From an uncultured delta proteobacterium (lineage in GTDB: Bacteria; Desulfobacterota; WTBG01; CAIYCZ01; CAIRTM01): a stretch of 64,000 nt of DNA. The number at the start of each line of letters is the position of its first letter. Position 1 is the stretch's first letter. Positions 10,040 through 21,233 of this stretch are shown one piece after another. The DNA is taken from contig CAWDSQ010000030.1 of assembly GCA_963804955.1 (NCBI GenBank), positions 256,001 through 320,000 on the forward strand. The letters are read 5' to 3'. The position numbers and the translations under genes are program-made. Under the pieces are notes generated by a model. It was not told the DNA's origin and ran no database searches. It saw only the letters and a list, made by a program, of their open reading frames with translations.

Positions 10040-10531
10040 GTGCCTGCAGCCATGGATGATACCGAATTCCCCAAAGAGCTGATTGAGGAAACCGGAGAGG
10101 CAAAGCCCGAAAAGATTTTCGAGTCTTTGTATCAGCGGCTTCTGAATATGGCGGTCAATGAAAAGATCCGGCTGGCGACACTCGGCAATAAGGAGGCGCG
10201 CAACCTGCTGATCAAGGATCCCAATCGCCTCGTGATACATTCCGTTATCAGCAGTCCCAAGCTGACCGAGGATGAGGTAATCAGTTTTGCGGGCAATAAG
10301 AACCTGTCGAAAGATGTGGCTAACCTCATCGCCAGCAAGAAGGAATTTTTGAAAAGCTATGCTGTGAAGGTGGCGCTGGTGAATAATCCCAAAACAGCCG
10401 TTCCTACGGCCATCAAGCTCATGCCCCATCTCATGGAAAAGGATGTGCGCAACGTGGCAAAGAGCAGAGGTATTTCCAGTGTTGTGGTCGCAGCCGCTCG
10501 AAGGATTATTACGCAACGGGCAGCCAAGTGA
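10040..10531 (+). CDS. Conserved hypothetical helical-repeat protein
   Basis: EKIRLATLGNKEARNLLIKDPN...ALVNNPKT pattern common in deltaproteobacterial hypotheticals. Confidence 0.7.
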   Translation: MPAAMDDTEFPKELIEETGEAKPEKIFESLYQRLLNMAVNEKIRLATLGNKEARNLLIKDPNRLVIHSVISSPKLTEDEVISFAGNKNLSKDVANLIASKKEFLKSYAVKVALVNNPKTAVPTAIKLMPHLMEKDVRNVAKSRGISSVVVAAARRIITQRAAK

Positions 10532-10595
10532 TGTGAAATCTTAAGCGCCGGCAGACAACGATTATCTGCCGGCGCTCCTAGTGTGCGGGTGGTGT

Positions 10596-11084
10596 ATGCG
10601 TGCTGCAGTGCTTACTATCAGCGACAAGGGTTCCATCGGGCAGCGGCAGGACACAAGCGGCCCTGCGGTGGCAGCGGTTTTGCAAACCATCGGCGCCGTT
10701 GTTGAGAAATATGAGATCGTGCCTGATGAGGTTGATGTGATCGCCGGCAAACTCATTGAGTATGCCGATATGCTCGGCCTCGATCTGGTCGTTACCACTG
10801 GCGGCACAGGCGTGGCGCCACGCGACCTGACCCCGGAGGCAACCCGCACAGTCATCGACCGCGATGTGCCGGGCATGGCCGAGGCCATGCGCATGGAAAG
10901 CTTCAAAAAAACCCCCCACGCGCTTATCTCCCGGGCGATTGTCGGCATCCGCAAACAGACCCTCATTATCAACCTGCCAGGAAGCCCCAGAGGCGCCACC
11001 GAAAACCTCCAGTTTATACTGAAAGCCATTCCCCATGCCGTTGAGAAGATCAAGGGCGACCCGTCCGAGTGCGCAGTTCAATAA
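10596..11084 (+). CDS. mogA: MogA/MoaB molybdopterin adenylyltransferase
   Basis: LTISDKG, DTSGP, VPDE, TTGGTGVAPRDLTPEAT, INLPGSP. Confidence 0.9.
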   Translation: MRAAVLTISDKGSIGQRQDTSGPAVAAVLQTIGAVVEKYEIVPDEVDVIAGKLIEYADMLGLDLVVTTGGTGVAPRDLTPEATRTVIDRDVPGMAEAMRMESFKKTPHALISRAIVGIRKQTLIINLPGSPRGATENLQFILKAIPHAVEKIKGDPSECAVQ

Positions 11085-11393
11085 TAACAATGAAGGCACA
11101 AAAAGTGCCCGGGGATTTTTTTAAAGGATTGTATGCAGGCAGTGGATGTTTTTTGTCGTATTGCTTTTTATAAAGTCGTCCCGGGTTTCGCGTGTGCCGA
11201 GGCACAGCAATAAGAGTTTTTTGCCTGAAATACTTTAATTTTTAAATAGTTCGTTTGTTCGGTTTTATATCATTGGCGCACTAATGATTTGACAGAAAAG
11301 GACTTTTTTATTATCATCATTAGAACTTTCTAACTATAGCCAGAGACAGGTGTGCTCCAGTAAAAAGTTAAATATTTGTCAGAGGAACAGGCG

Positions 11394-11880
11394 ATGAATC
11401 ACACAAGTCACATCATCCGGTTTGCAGTCGTGCTGGTAGCAGTGATAGCTGGTTTTTTTACTCTCAGGAGCTTTTTGGTGCCTGACAGCTTCGGCGTACA
11501 GGGAGATTATAAATACGGCTATCATCGGGGGGCCTCGGATGCTGAGCAGGCCGCGCTGCCTGCCCTGTATACGGGCAGCAAAAAATGCGCCCAGTGTCAT
11601 GCTGAAGCAACTGCGGAGTGGCAGGCTGGCAAACATGCAGGAGTAGCATGCGAAACCTGTCATGGCAACTGGCAGGCCCATAATAATAATACCAAAGACA
11701 AAGCAGGCAAAGACAGTTCGGCAGAGGCCTGCATGCTGTGCCACGGAGAAGTTGATGCGCGGCCGGCTGATTTCCCGCAAATTGCCGGATATGAAAAAGC
11801 ATGTGCGAGGACAAGGGCGGGCCTATGAAAAGGGCATGCTCTGCGTGGCCTGCCACAGCGCCCACAGTCCGAAGCAGTAA
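11394..11880 (+). CDS. Membrane-anchored tetraheme cytochrome c (frameshift near 11800)
   Basis: N-terminal TM helix; CAQCH, CETCH, CMLCH, CVACH. Confidence 0.85.
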
Positions 11881-11974
11881 AAGGGCTTATAGCGTGGTGA
11901 GTGCTGGTTTCGGAATCAACGGATTACCTGATAAAAACGATTCTTAAAAAACGAATCAAGCATAAAAAAAGGGA

Positions 11975-12724
11975 ATGGCCATGGTGACGAACAGACGAGA
12001 CTTTTTGAAGCAGGCAGGCTGGACAGTGCTGGGCGGGGGTCTTATGGCGGCTGTGGTACAGGTGCCTGCCCGCGGGGCGCAGGCCTCATCGGGGGGCAGA
12101 ACGCATCTCTACGGCTATGTGGTTGACACCCATACATGCATCGGCTGCGGCAAATGCGTTGAGGCATGCAGGAATGAGAACAGGGTGCCGGAAAATTTCT
12201 ACCGTACATGGATCGAGCGCTACACGATTTATTCCGACGGCAAGGTCGCCGTCGACTCTGTGCAAGGCGGCGAGAAGGGCGCAGCGCAGCTTGAAAAACA
12301 GGGCCGGATTGACCGGTCGTTTTTCGTCCCCAAGCTGTGCAACCACTGCAAGGAGCCCAACTGCGTGCAGGTCTGCCCGGTGGGCGCGACCTATGTGAGC
12401 CGTCAGGGCGTGGTGCTTGTCGATGAAAAGCACTGCGTGGGCTGCGGCTACTGCATTCAGGCCTGCCCCTACGGAGCCCGTTTCATTAACCCGAAAACAC
12501 ATGTCGCCGACAAGTGCACGTGGTGCTATCACCGGGTGCTCAGGGGCCTGAAGCCCGCATGCGTGACCGTCTGCCCGGTCGGCGCGCGGCAGTTCGGAAA
12601 AGTTGACGACCCCAATGACCCTGTCGGCAAGCTTATCAAAGAGGCCCGGCTGCAGGTGCTGAAACCCGAGATGGGCAATCAGCCCATGGTCTTCTACAAT
12701 GGCCTTGACAAGGAGGTGCGGTGA
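11975..12724 (+). CDS. Tat-exported 4Fe-4S dicluster protein (NrfC/DsrO-like)
   Basis: TNRRDFLK Tat motif; four ferredoxin Cys clusters. Confidence 0.9.
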   Translation: MAMVTNRRDFLKQAGWTVLGGGLMAAVVQVPARGAQASSGGRTHLYGYVVDTHTCIGCGKCVEACRNENRVPENFYRTWIERYTIYSDGKVAVDSVQGGEKGAAQLEKQGRIDRSFFVPKLCNHCKEPNCVQVCPVGATYVSRQGVVLVDEKHCVGCGYCIQACPYGARFINPKTHVADKCTWCYHRVLRGLKPACVTVCPVGARQFGKVDDPNDPVGKLIKEARLQVLKPEMGNQPMVFYNGLDKEVR

Positions 12725-13900
12725 TGCTGCATGAAGTGCTGACGCAAGGATTCGTTTTCCCCAATGAGATTGAGGTCCTCTGGAGCCTCATGATCGTGCT
12801 GTATCCCTATATAACCGGCCTTGTGGCCGGAGCGTTCATCGTTTCCTCGCTGTACCATGTTTTCGGCAAAGACGAGCTCAAGCCCGTGGCAAAGTTTTCG
12901 CTCGTGGCGGCATTCAGTTTTCTGCTGTTTGCCTGCACGCCCCTGCTGTTTCATTTGGGCCATCCCGAGCGAGCGTTTAATATCATGTTTACCCCGCATT
13001 TTTATTCGGCCATGTCGGGCTTCGGCTATATATACTCGTTTTACCTGATCGTGGTGCTGCTTGAAATCTGGTTTGTCTTCCGGCCGGATATCATCGCCCG
13101 CGCAAAGAGCAGCACCGGGATTATGAAAGCGCTGTACTGGGTGCTGGCCCTCGGAAGCATGGATGATTCAGAGGAAGCGCTGCATATCGACCACAAAATA
13201 ACCATGGTGCTGGCTGCAATCGGCATCCCGTCGGCCTGCACGCTGCACGGCTATGTCGGGTTCCTGTTCGGATCGCTCAAATCAAATCCCTGGTGGTCAA
13301 CGCCGCTGATGCCGGTCATCTTTCTCATGTCGGCTATCGTGTCGGGCATCGCAATTTTGATTCTTTCCTACTATATCGTCATGGTCATAAAGAAGCAGGC
13401 TGTTGACAACAGCTGCCTGAAGTCCATGTACGGTTTTCTGTGGGGTTTTTTCATTATCGATTTGACCCTTGAATTTCTCAATGAGCTTGCCTCGGTCTAT
13501 GCCCAGAACCAGTCCCATGCGATCCTTGCCCTGCTGATCAGAGGAAAAGCTCAATTTCAGCTATACCATCCTGCAGATGGGCATTTGTTCCGTGATTCCC
13601 CTGGTGGTGCTCGGTTTTGTCGTGCTCAAGCCCATGTCCGATATGCTGCGCAATCGCCTGGGCCTCATCTGCTCGGCATTGATTCTCATACAGGTTTTAG
13701 CCATGCGCTGGAATGTCGTTGTGGGCGGCCAGCTGTTTTCAAAAAGCCTGCGGGGCCTGACGAGCTATATGCCGACATTCCTTGGCCGTGAGGGCATACT
13801 GGTGGCTGTTATTCTGTTCACCATGCCGTTTGTGGTCATGTATGTATTTAATCTGATTCTTCCTCTTTTTGAAAACAAGGGCGAAGAGGCGCAGGGCTGA
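12721..13900 (+). CDS. NrfD/PsrC-family membrane subunit (frameshift near 13550)
   Basis: WSLMIVLYPYITGLVAG, HLGHPER, LHGYVGFLFG, multiple TM helices. Confidence 0.88.
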
Positions 13901-13951
13901 GTGGTGCCGATGGTGCGGTCAATTAATCATAGTTTGAGGAGATGACGTGAC

Positions 13952-15899
13952 ATGCTGACGATATTTGATCCTTTACTGGTTGTCATAGCACTGGTCATCT
14001 GCATTACGGGCTTTATCAAGCGCTCGAAGATGTGGATGAAGGGGAAAACCGATAATGAGAATATAGCAGAAGCAGGCAAGCGCCTGTGGGATTTTATCGT
14101 GTACGGTGTGGCCCACGGCCGCATTTTGCGCGAAGCCTATCCCGGCATCATGCATCTTTTTATCTTTTTCGCGTGCCTGATTCCCGTGCTGGTCATTGTT
14201 GCCGTGCAGGCGCCCTTTACCGTGCCGGCGATGCTGGGCAATGTTCTGTCGCTGGTGCTTGATATCGTCGGGTTGTGCGGTCTTGCCGGTATCGCTCTTG
14301 CCGCCTATCGCCGCTATGTACAGAAGCCTGATCGCCTGAGCGACACAAAGACCGAGGACGCCATAGCCATTATCTGGGTGGCGGCAATCCTTATCATCGG
14401 TTTCTGCATCGAGGGCCTGCGGCTGTCGATAACCGGCGAGGGCGCCCAGTGGGCGCCCTGTGGGTGCTGTTTTTTCCTTTATCTTCAAGCCGCTGCCGCA
14501 GGCCGCTCAGGTGACGCTGCACAGCCTGCTGTGGCGCATTCATTTTTTTATCGTGCTTGCGCTGATTGCGGCTATTCCGTACACCAAGTTTCTGCATCTC
14601 ATTACCTCATCAATTAATATTTTCCTTCGCAAATACGGCCCCCCGGGGGTCATCAGCAAAATAGCCGATTTTGAAACCGCTGAAACCTTCGGCGTTGCCG
14701 CTATCGAGGAGTTTACCCGCACGCAGCTGTTTCAGCTTGACGCCTGCACGCGCTGCGGCCGCTGCCAGGACAACTGCCCGGCCCATTTAAGCGAAAAGCC
14801 CCTGTCGCCTAAAAAACTGCTGCAGGATCTGAAGGCCCATATGGAAGAGAAGCTGGGCGGCAATCCGCCTGCTGCACAGGACGGCGCAGAGGCGAAGCCC
14901 CTTGTGGGCGGCGTGATCGAGACTGATACGATCTGGGCCTGTACGACCTGTCTGGCCTGCCATGCACAGTGTCCGGTGTTTGAAACAACCGTAGATAAGA
15001 CCATTGAAATGCGGCGCAACCTGGTGCTGATGGAGTCCAACTTCCCGCAGGAGGTTCAGGCGGTATTCCGCAATATGGAAAACAACTCCAATCCCTGGGG
15101 CGTGGGCGCGCATACGCGCGGCGACTGGGCAAAAGAGTTCGGCGTGAAACTGGCAAGCTCGGGAGAGCCTTTTGAGTATCTGCTGTATGTAGGCTGCGCC
15201 GGCGCTTTCGACGACCGGTATAAGAAGGTTGCCATAGCCGTCACAAAGATTCTGCAGGCCGCAGGCATTGATTTTGCCATACTCGGGGCTGAGGAGGGCT
15301 GCTGCGGCGATTCGGCCCGCCGGATAGGCAATGAGTACCTGTATGAGACGCTGGTACAGAACAACCTTGCCGCCCTGCAGGGCTATAATGTAAAGAAAAT
15401 CATCACCATGTGCCCGCACTGCCTGAACGCTCTCAAGAACGAATACCCTCAGCATGGCACAAACTTCGAGGTGGTGCATCACAGCCAGCTTATTTTGAAG
15501 CTTATTGAGCAGGGGCGTATCAACCTGAAGCCGGCCGGCCAGAGCATGAAAGTCTGCTATCACGATTCCTGCTTTCTCGGGCGCTATAATGATATCTACG
15601 ATCAGCCCCGCAAGGTGCTGACCTCCATCAAGGGCATTTCGCTCGTCGAGATGGACCGCAACCGCGACCGCGCCTTTTGCTGCGGCGCAGGGGGCGGGCG
15701 CATGTGGATGGAGGAGCATCACGGCAAGCGCATCAATGAGATGCGCACAGACATGGCTCTTGATAAAAATCCTGATGCCATTGCAACGGCATGCCCGTAC
15801 TGCCTGACAATGCTCTATGACGGACTGAAGGTGCGTGAGAAGTCCGAAACGGTCAAGAGCCAGGATATTGCTGAATTTGTTTTAAATGTGATGGAGTGA
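13952..15899 (+). CDS. HdrF-like protein: NarI-type cytochrome b domain fused to 4Fe-4S/CCG (HdrD-like) domain (frameshift near 14460)
   Basis: TM region with His (GIMHLFIF, WRIHFF, KFLHL); CTRCGRC, CTTCLAC; two CCG motifs; YHDSC. Confidence 0.88.
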
Positions 15900-15906
15900 G
15901 CCGACC

Positions 15907-16803
15907 ATGAAAAGAGACAGCCTTAGCAAACTGACAATAGCGGTTCTTACCTCTGTATGCCTGGTGCTGGCTTTCAGCTGTGTCAGGCAGTCCTGCGCGC
16001 AGGATATCGACGACTGCCTTGCCTGCCATCAGGACCGGAACCTTGTAAAGACGGATGCGTCCGGCAGGGTTCACAGCCTGTTTGTCGACAAGGAGGCCTT
16101 TCTTCGGTCAACCCATGGCAGCACTGCATGCGTTGACTGCCATGAGGGTGTCGAGGCAAAAAAACATCCCGCCGCAGGCCTTCCCGACGTACAGTGCTCA
16201 GGATGTCACGAAGAAGAGGCCGGGAAGTACGGGAAAAGCAAGCATGGCCAGCTGCTCACGTCAGGCAATCCCCGTGCCCCTCAGTGTTATGACTGCCATA
16301 CGATGCATGCCGTACTTCCGGCGCAGGATGCCGCATCGACCGTCAATAGCGCCAACCTGTACAAAACCTGCGGCGCCTGCCATGAAGAACAGGCAAAAGC
16401 CGCCCTGGTGCCTCTTATGAGAGGATTTGTGCAGGGTGAAGAGCCCCTTGAGGCTTTGACCCTTACGACCCTTGCTTCTCACATTGCCACGCGTGTGCAA
16501 GGCCATGGTAAAGTGAACCTTGGCTGCGAGTATTCCACCAGGACCTGCTCCAACTGCCACCTTGACCCCATCGATCACGGCTCTGATGCTGTCAAGCCAG
16601 CTGTGTGCGTTAACTGCCACGGTCAGGCGAAAGCGGGAATTATTTTCGGGAAAATCCATAAAGCCAATGTCGTGACAAATCCCTTCCTGTCCGTGCTGCT
16701 TGCCCTGGGATATATCGCGGCACTCGCAGGTTTTGTTTTTTACTGCCGGTCTTCCTGCTGCTGCAAAAAGGCTGAAGGCGGTGAGCCCCCGGCAGAAGGT
16801 TGA
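15907..16803 (+). CDS. Heptaheme cytochrome c with C-terminal membrane anchor
   Basis: Signal peptide; CLACH, CVDCH, CSGCH, CYDCH, CGACH, CSNCH, CVNCH. Confidence 0.88.
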   Translation: MKRDSLSKLTIAVLTSVCLVLAFSCVRQSCAQDIDDCLACHQDRNLVKTDASGRVHSLFVDKEAFLRSTHGSTACVDCHEGVEAKKHPAAGLPDVQCSGCHEEEAGKYGKSKHGQLLTSGNPRAPQCYDCHTMHAVLPAQDAASTVNSANLYKTCGACHEEQAKAALVPLMRGFVQGEEPLEALTLTTLASHIATRVQGHGKVNLGCEYSTRTCSNCHLDPIDHGSDAVKPAVCVNCHGQAKAGIIFGKIHKANVVTNPFLSVLLALGYIAALAGFVFYCRSSCCCKKAEGGEPPAEG

Positions 16804-16934
16804 AAAGAACATGCTTTCACGTAAGCCGTATTAATTGCATGCCGGACACAGACTGATTTTGAGTCATGGCAGTGTCCGGCATTTTTTGTTTAACAAAAAA
16901 ACTGTTTTATTAAAACATACAAATGGAGGTTTTT

Positions 16935-18320
16935 ATGGATGAAGATCTGAAGGAATTAATCGCTCGAGCACGCAAAGCACAGGCTGTTGTCGAGCACTGG
17001 TCTCAGGAGCAGGTAGATGAGATGGCCCTTGCCGCCGCATGGGAAGCGATCAAGCCCGAAAGCGCCAAGGAGTGCGCCGAGCTAGCCGTCAAGGAAACCA
17101 AGATGGGCGTCTATGATAACAAGTATGCCAAGCACCGCAATAAGTGCCTGGGAGCACTCATGGATCTTGAGGGCGTCAAGACCACCGGCGTTGTTGACGA
17201 AGACAGGGAAAAGGGCATTTTCAAGGTTGTGAAGCCCGTGGGCGTTATTTTCGCTCTTATTCCCTGTACCAATCCCACGGCCACGCCGATAGTGAAGGGC
17301 ATTTCAGCCCTCAAGACCCGAAATGCAATTATCATGGCCCCCCACATGGTGGCGCGGCGCTGCACCGGCAAGGCAATTGATTTCATGCGTAAGGGTTTGG
17401 AGAAGGCCGGGGCCCCGGTTGATCTGATTCAGGTTCTTGAGAAGCCTTTTATTGAAAGAAACCAGATGATGATGTCTGCTGCAGACCTCATTATTTCCAC
17501 GGGCGGCGGTGGCGCAGTCAAGGCCGCCTACTCAAGCGGCAAGCCGGCCTACGGCGTGGGCGCCGGCAACTCGGTAGCCATTGTCGACGAGACAGTCAAC
17601 GCTGCGCAAGCGGCTGAAAAAATTGTCGCCAGCAAAACATTCGATAATGCCACCTCCTGCTCGGCTGAAAACTCGGCGATCATTCATGAGTCGAAATGGA
17701 ACGAAATGCTGGAAACCTTCAAGAAACTCGGCGGCTATCTGTGCAATGACGAAGAAAAGGCAAAGCTGAAAGCCGCTATGTGGCCCGACGGTGAGCATAT
17801 CGAAGCCAAGATCGTTGCCCGCTCGGCAAAAGTCATTGCCGGCGCCGCAGGCATTGCAGCCCCCGATGACGTGCGCTTCATCATGGTGCTGGGCAAAGAG
17901 CCCATCGCAGAGGAAAAGTTTGCCGATGAAAAGCTGTCGCCGGTCATGACGCTCTGGAAATATTCTGATTTCGACGGCGCGGTTGACATGCTCAGGCAGA
18001 TCCACGGCGTGCGCGGCGAGGGCCACTGCTGCGCCATTCACACAACCGACCGCAGCCGCATGGTAAAGCTTGCCGAACTGGCGCATGTGAGCCGCATGAT
18101 GGTCAATCAGCCGCAGTGCCTGGCAAACAGCGGCGCCTTCACCAACGGCATGCCCTTCACCATGACGCTCGGGTGCGGCACCTGGGGCGGCAATATTTCA
18201 TCGGACAATATCACCTGGAAGCATATGGTCAACTATACCTGGGTGTCCGAGCCAACGCCAGAGCACAAGCCCGATGAGGAGAAGATTTTCAAGAGCATCT
18301 GGGACAAGTACGGCAAGTAA
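16935..18320 (+). CDS. CoA-acylating aldehyde dehydrogenase (SauS/sulfoacetaldehyde dehydrogenase-like)
   Basis: PCTNPTAT, STGG, GVGAGN, SKTFDNATSCSAENS, EKLSP, TLGCGTWG; GGAGG RBS. Confidence 0.85.
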   Translation: MDEDLKELIARARKAQAVVEHWSQEQVDEMALAAAWEAIKPESAKECAELAVKETKMGVYDNKYAKHRNKCLGALMDLEGVKTTGVVDEDREKGIFKVVKPVGVIFALIPCTNPTATPIVKGISALKTRNAIIMAPHMVARRCTGKAIDFMRKGLEKAGAPVDLIQVLEKPFIERNQMMMSAADLIISTGGGGAVKAAYSSGKPAYGVGAGNSVAIVDETVNAAQAAEKIVASKTFDNATSCSAENSAIIHESKWNEMLETFKKLGGYLCNDEEKAKLKAAMWPDGEHIEAKIVARSAKVIAGAAGIAAPDDVRFIMVLGKEPIAEEKFADEKLSPVMTLWKYSDFDGAVDMLRQIHGVRGEGHCCAIHTTDRSRMVKLAELAHVSRMMVNQPQCLANSGAFTNGMPFTMTLGCGTWGGNISSDNITWKHMVNYTWVSEPTPEHKPDEEKIFKSIWDKYGK

Positions 18321-18367
18321 AAAGATACAGAGATACATCGCGAATAATATTATGTAAGGAGATACGC

Positions 18368-18607
18368 ATGGAAAGACAGGAAGTTGTTGAAAAAATCACG
18401 GGTTTTGCCCGCAAGGCCCTTGCCAAGAAGGATATCGAAATCGCCCCTGACGCGCGGCTCAAGGATCTGGGTATGAACTCCTCCGGCCGCCTGGAGCTGT
18501 TCACCATGATCGAGGACGAGTGGGACCTGATGATGGAAGAGGAAGACCAGGACAAGATCAGAACCGTTAATGACGCTGCCGACTATGTGATGTCACAGGT
18601 CGGCTGA
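18368..18607 (+). CDS. Acyl carrier protein
   Basis: Acidic 79 aa; LKDLGMNSSGRLEL (Ppant Ser) and KIRTVNDAADYV. Confidence 0.8.
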   Translation: MERQEVVEKITGFARKALAKKDIEIAPDARLKDLGMNSSGRLELFTMIEDEWDLMMEEEDQDKIRTVNDAADYVMSQVG

Positions 18608-18622
18608 CGCACGTAGGACTTT

Positions 18623-18673
18623 ATACATAAAAAGCGCGCCGGAGATTCCTTCCAGTGCGCTTTTTTTATGTAT
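18623..18673 (+). terminator. Intrinsic terminator after ACP
   Basis: aaaaagcgc...gcgcttttttt stem with T-tract. Confidence 0.7.
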
Positions 18674-18754
18674 AGAAGCTCCATGGCATTGCCTGTTCAG
18701 AGCCTCTTTTTTTCGCTGGCTCAACGACGGCAGGCATGGCGCTGCCTGCCTTTT

Positions 18755-18890
18755 TTATATTCTGGATTCGACAAAAGCTTGTATCCTCTCCCTGTGCATC
18801 GGCGACATTTCAGTGAACTGTATCCCCATTCCTGATGGAAATGAATTGGCTGTCTTTTTTATCCATACCACACGGCCATGAAGATGCCGT
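18755..18890 (-). pseudogene. PilZ-domain gene 3' remnant
   Basis: Minus strand reads HLHGRVVWIKKTANSFPSGMGIQFTEMSPMHRERIQAFVESRI*. Confidence 0.6.
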
Positions 18891-19233
18891 CGCTGCTTAA
18901 GTCACACGGCATGTAGCAGTCACAGGAGCACCGGAGTTCTGGAATGCTATTTTGATAGTGGTCGCTACGCGAGGGCTTGCCTGTCTTGCTTTCCTCCATA
19001 CATCCTCCCTTGTAGAATCAAAAGTCAGAGCTGCTCTGAAAACATTTTTTAAACAAACCATGACCGGACTTTTTTTAGATTGTAATAAAAAAAGCTCATG
19101 TCAACACTACAGCTTCTCGACCGGCTTTTCAAAAGAATTTTGCACATGCTTGCCGCATACGCAGGATTATCGTCCCCTGGCAGTGCCCAGCGCATCTGCC
19201 CGCCTCTGACTGCAATGTCAGTTTCTGCGAGAA

Positions 19234-19472
19234 TCAGGCAACCGACCGCATGGCCGCCATATCCTCATAGCGCACCAGTTTCTCAACATCAAGCAGTATT
19301 TTTACGGCCTCGCCCAGCTTGCCTAAACCCATAATGCAGCGATGCGTGCTGTTCCGGGAAACCTCAGGCGGCAGCTCGATCTGATTTTCGGCAATATCAG
19401 CAACCTCCCTCACTGTATCAACGACCAGTCCTACGGGCGTTCCGTTTACATTCACCACGATGATGCATCGCG
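19234..19472 (-). pseudogene. cheW: CheW 3' remnant
   Basis: RCIIVVNVNGTPVGLVVDTVREV...IMGLGKLGEAVKILLDVEKL; N-terminal half absent. Confidence 0.8.
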
Positions 19473-19477
19473 CCGGG

Positions 19478-19946
19478 TCAGCCTCCATCGGTCTGGGGAA
19501 AGGCGGTGTTGGAGTAGAGATATTCCACCTTTTCCTTGTGCCGTTTTTCTTCGTTTGCCATCCGAAGGAGCATCTCTTTGACCTGACCGTCGGGATGAAT
19601 GGCAGCCAGACCGGTATAGAAGTTGACAGAGTTCTGCTCCCTGTGGGCGGCCACCAGGTAGACGTCACTGCTGTGCATGTTCTGTTGGATGTCGGGCTTT
19701 TCGAGGTGCTCGGCGATCTTGTAGTCGATCACCTGCGTGAGCCTCAGTGTGCCGGGCCCCAGCTTGCCGGCCTGATAGCTTTCCAGAAATTCGCGGTGCT
19801 TCCGCTCCTCGCTGGCCAGGAAATCAAGGGCATCCCGCGCGGTCTGTGTCCTGCACCGTGTCACAGAGTCCCCGGTAGAACTCGTACGCCTCGATTTCGC
19901 GCTGGATGGCGATATCGATGAAGTCAGACAGCCTTCGCTCCTCCAT
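19478..19946 (-). CDS. Ferritin-like/rubrerythrin-family protein (frameshifted)
   Basis: AIQREIEAYEFY, EERKH, REQNSVNFY, EEKRH; GGAGG RBS. Confidence 0.85.
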
Positions 19947-20140
19947 ACAGCCTCCTATTCTGGTTGACACATGCCCCGTATTATAAAGGCGCCTGCACAA
20001 GAGTCAAATCTTAAAATACAAAAAGTTTTTTTGAACCACTATGCTGTATGCGGGCAGCATACCGTGAAGGCGCTCTGGCAGGCAAGAAAAGCAGCTTTAT
20101 CTATCATTCCATTCCAGAGCGGGTTGTAGAGGCTGCAGTG

Positions 20141-20693
20141 TCACTTTAGAAAAAGGACTTTCAACCCGATTAAGATAAGCACGCGCGCCGCCGAGCCGCT
20201 CGGCCCATTCTCCAAGATAGATGCCTGCACGTTTTCCGAGAAACATGCCGATGGCGGTCATAATCAGGGCCACAACGCCGATCACCGCGGCCGGAAACCA
20301 CACCGACACCTTCAAAAGCGCCAGCGATACGCCGATGGCAAAAGCATCAAGGCTGGTGGCGACCGACAGTCCCACAAGGCTCATGCCCCGCGTCGGGTCG
20401 AAATCGCGGGCAATTTCCTCTTCATGAAAGGATTCCCAAATCATTTTACCCCCCAGAACGCAGAGAATGCCGCAGGCTATCCAGTTGCCGAGGCTGCCGA
20501 TATGGCTGACAATGGCTTCGCCAAGCAGCCAGCCCGCTATGGGCATGAGCGCCTGAAACAGGCCGAAATGCCAGCTCAGGCGCAGCGTGTGCCGCCAGGT
20601 ATGGCTGTTCAGGGATATGGCAACGGCCACGGCCACGGCGAATGCATCCATGGCAAGGGCAAGAGCGGTACCGATGAGGGTAAGGTAGTCCAT
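20141..20693 (-). CDS. mntP: Manganese efflux pump MntP family
   Basis: ALAMDAFAV, FGLFQALMP, ATSLDAFAIG. Confidence 0.9.
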
Positions 20694-20699
20694 GCAGGG

Positions 20700-21124
20700 T
20701 TCAGCTTTTTTCGGTTTAAAATATGATCGCAGGATATCGACGGCCTCGGCAACGCGCATGCCCGGCCTGATTCCTGCTTTCCCGGCAAGTCCGTTGACAT
20801 GGGACACGATGCCGCATGCATAGGTGTCTGCGGCATTGGCAATTTCTGCGGATTCATGGCTTACGGCAACTGCGATAATGCTGTTTTTCTCCAATCCGCC
20901 ATCCCTTTGATGCCTGCATCGTTTTTGCCGCTGCCGGCATCATTGAAGAAAGCAGCAGCAACTCGTGCATCAATGGCATACCCGGCAGAGGATGTGCCGC
21001 CATGGGAGCCGGATATGATGATATCGCCGCGGTTTTCAGGAGAGACATAGGAGATGCTGTCCATCAGAACGGTTTTCACGGAGCCGTCGGTAAAGAGTAT
21101 TTCAAAAGGATGTATGTTCGTCAT
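20700..21124 (-). CDS. Conserved hypothetical protein (frameshifted)
   Basis: DSIS...GSHGG...FNDAG.GKNDAGI...SAEI...GIVSHVN...GIRPGM across ORFs 20861 and 20097. Confidence 0.65.
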
Positions 21125-21233
21125 TTGTTTATTTTTACAATAACACTATTTGTCGGGCACGCTCCGCTTTGCCCAACCTGCGGGCTGCTGTAATCATATG
21201 CCATAAAAGGTCTGATATGACAGCATAAAAAAA

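Noticed and set aside
14787..15722. Long antisense ORFs (also 47267-48223, 53874-54761, 60053-60973)
   Set aside because: Shadows of GC-rich coding genes on the opposite strand with no recognisable motifs
20097..20894. Hypothetical-MntP fusion
   Set aside because: MntP has a normal start at 20693; the join follows a homopolymer and is likely an artefact
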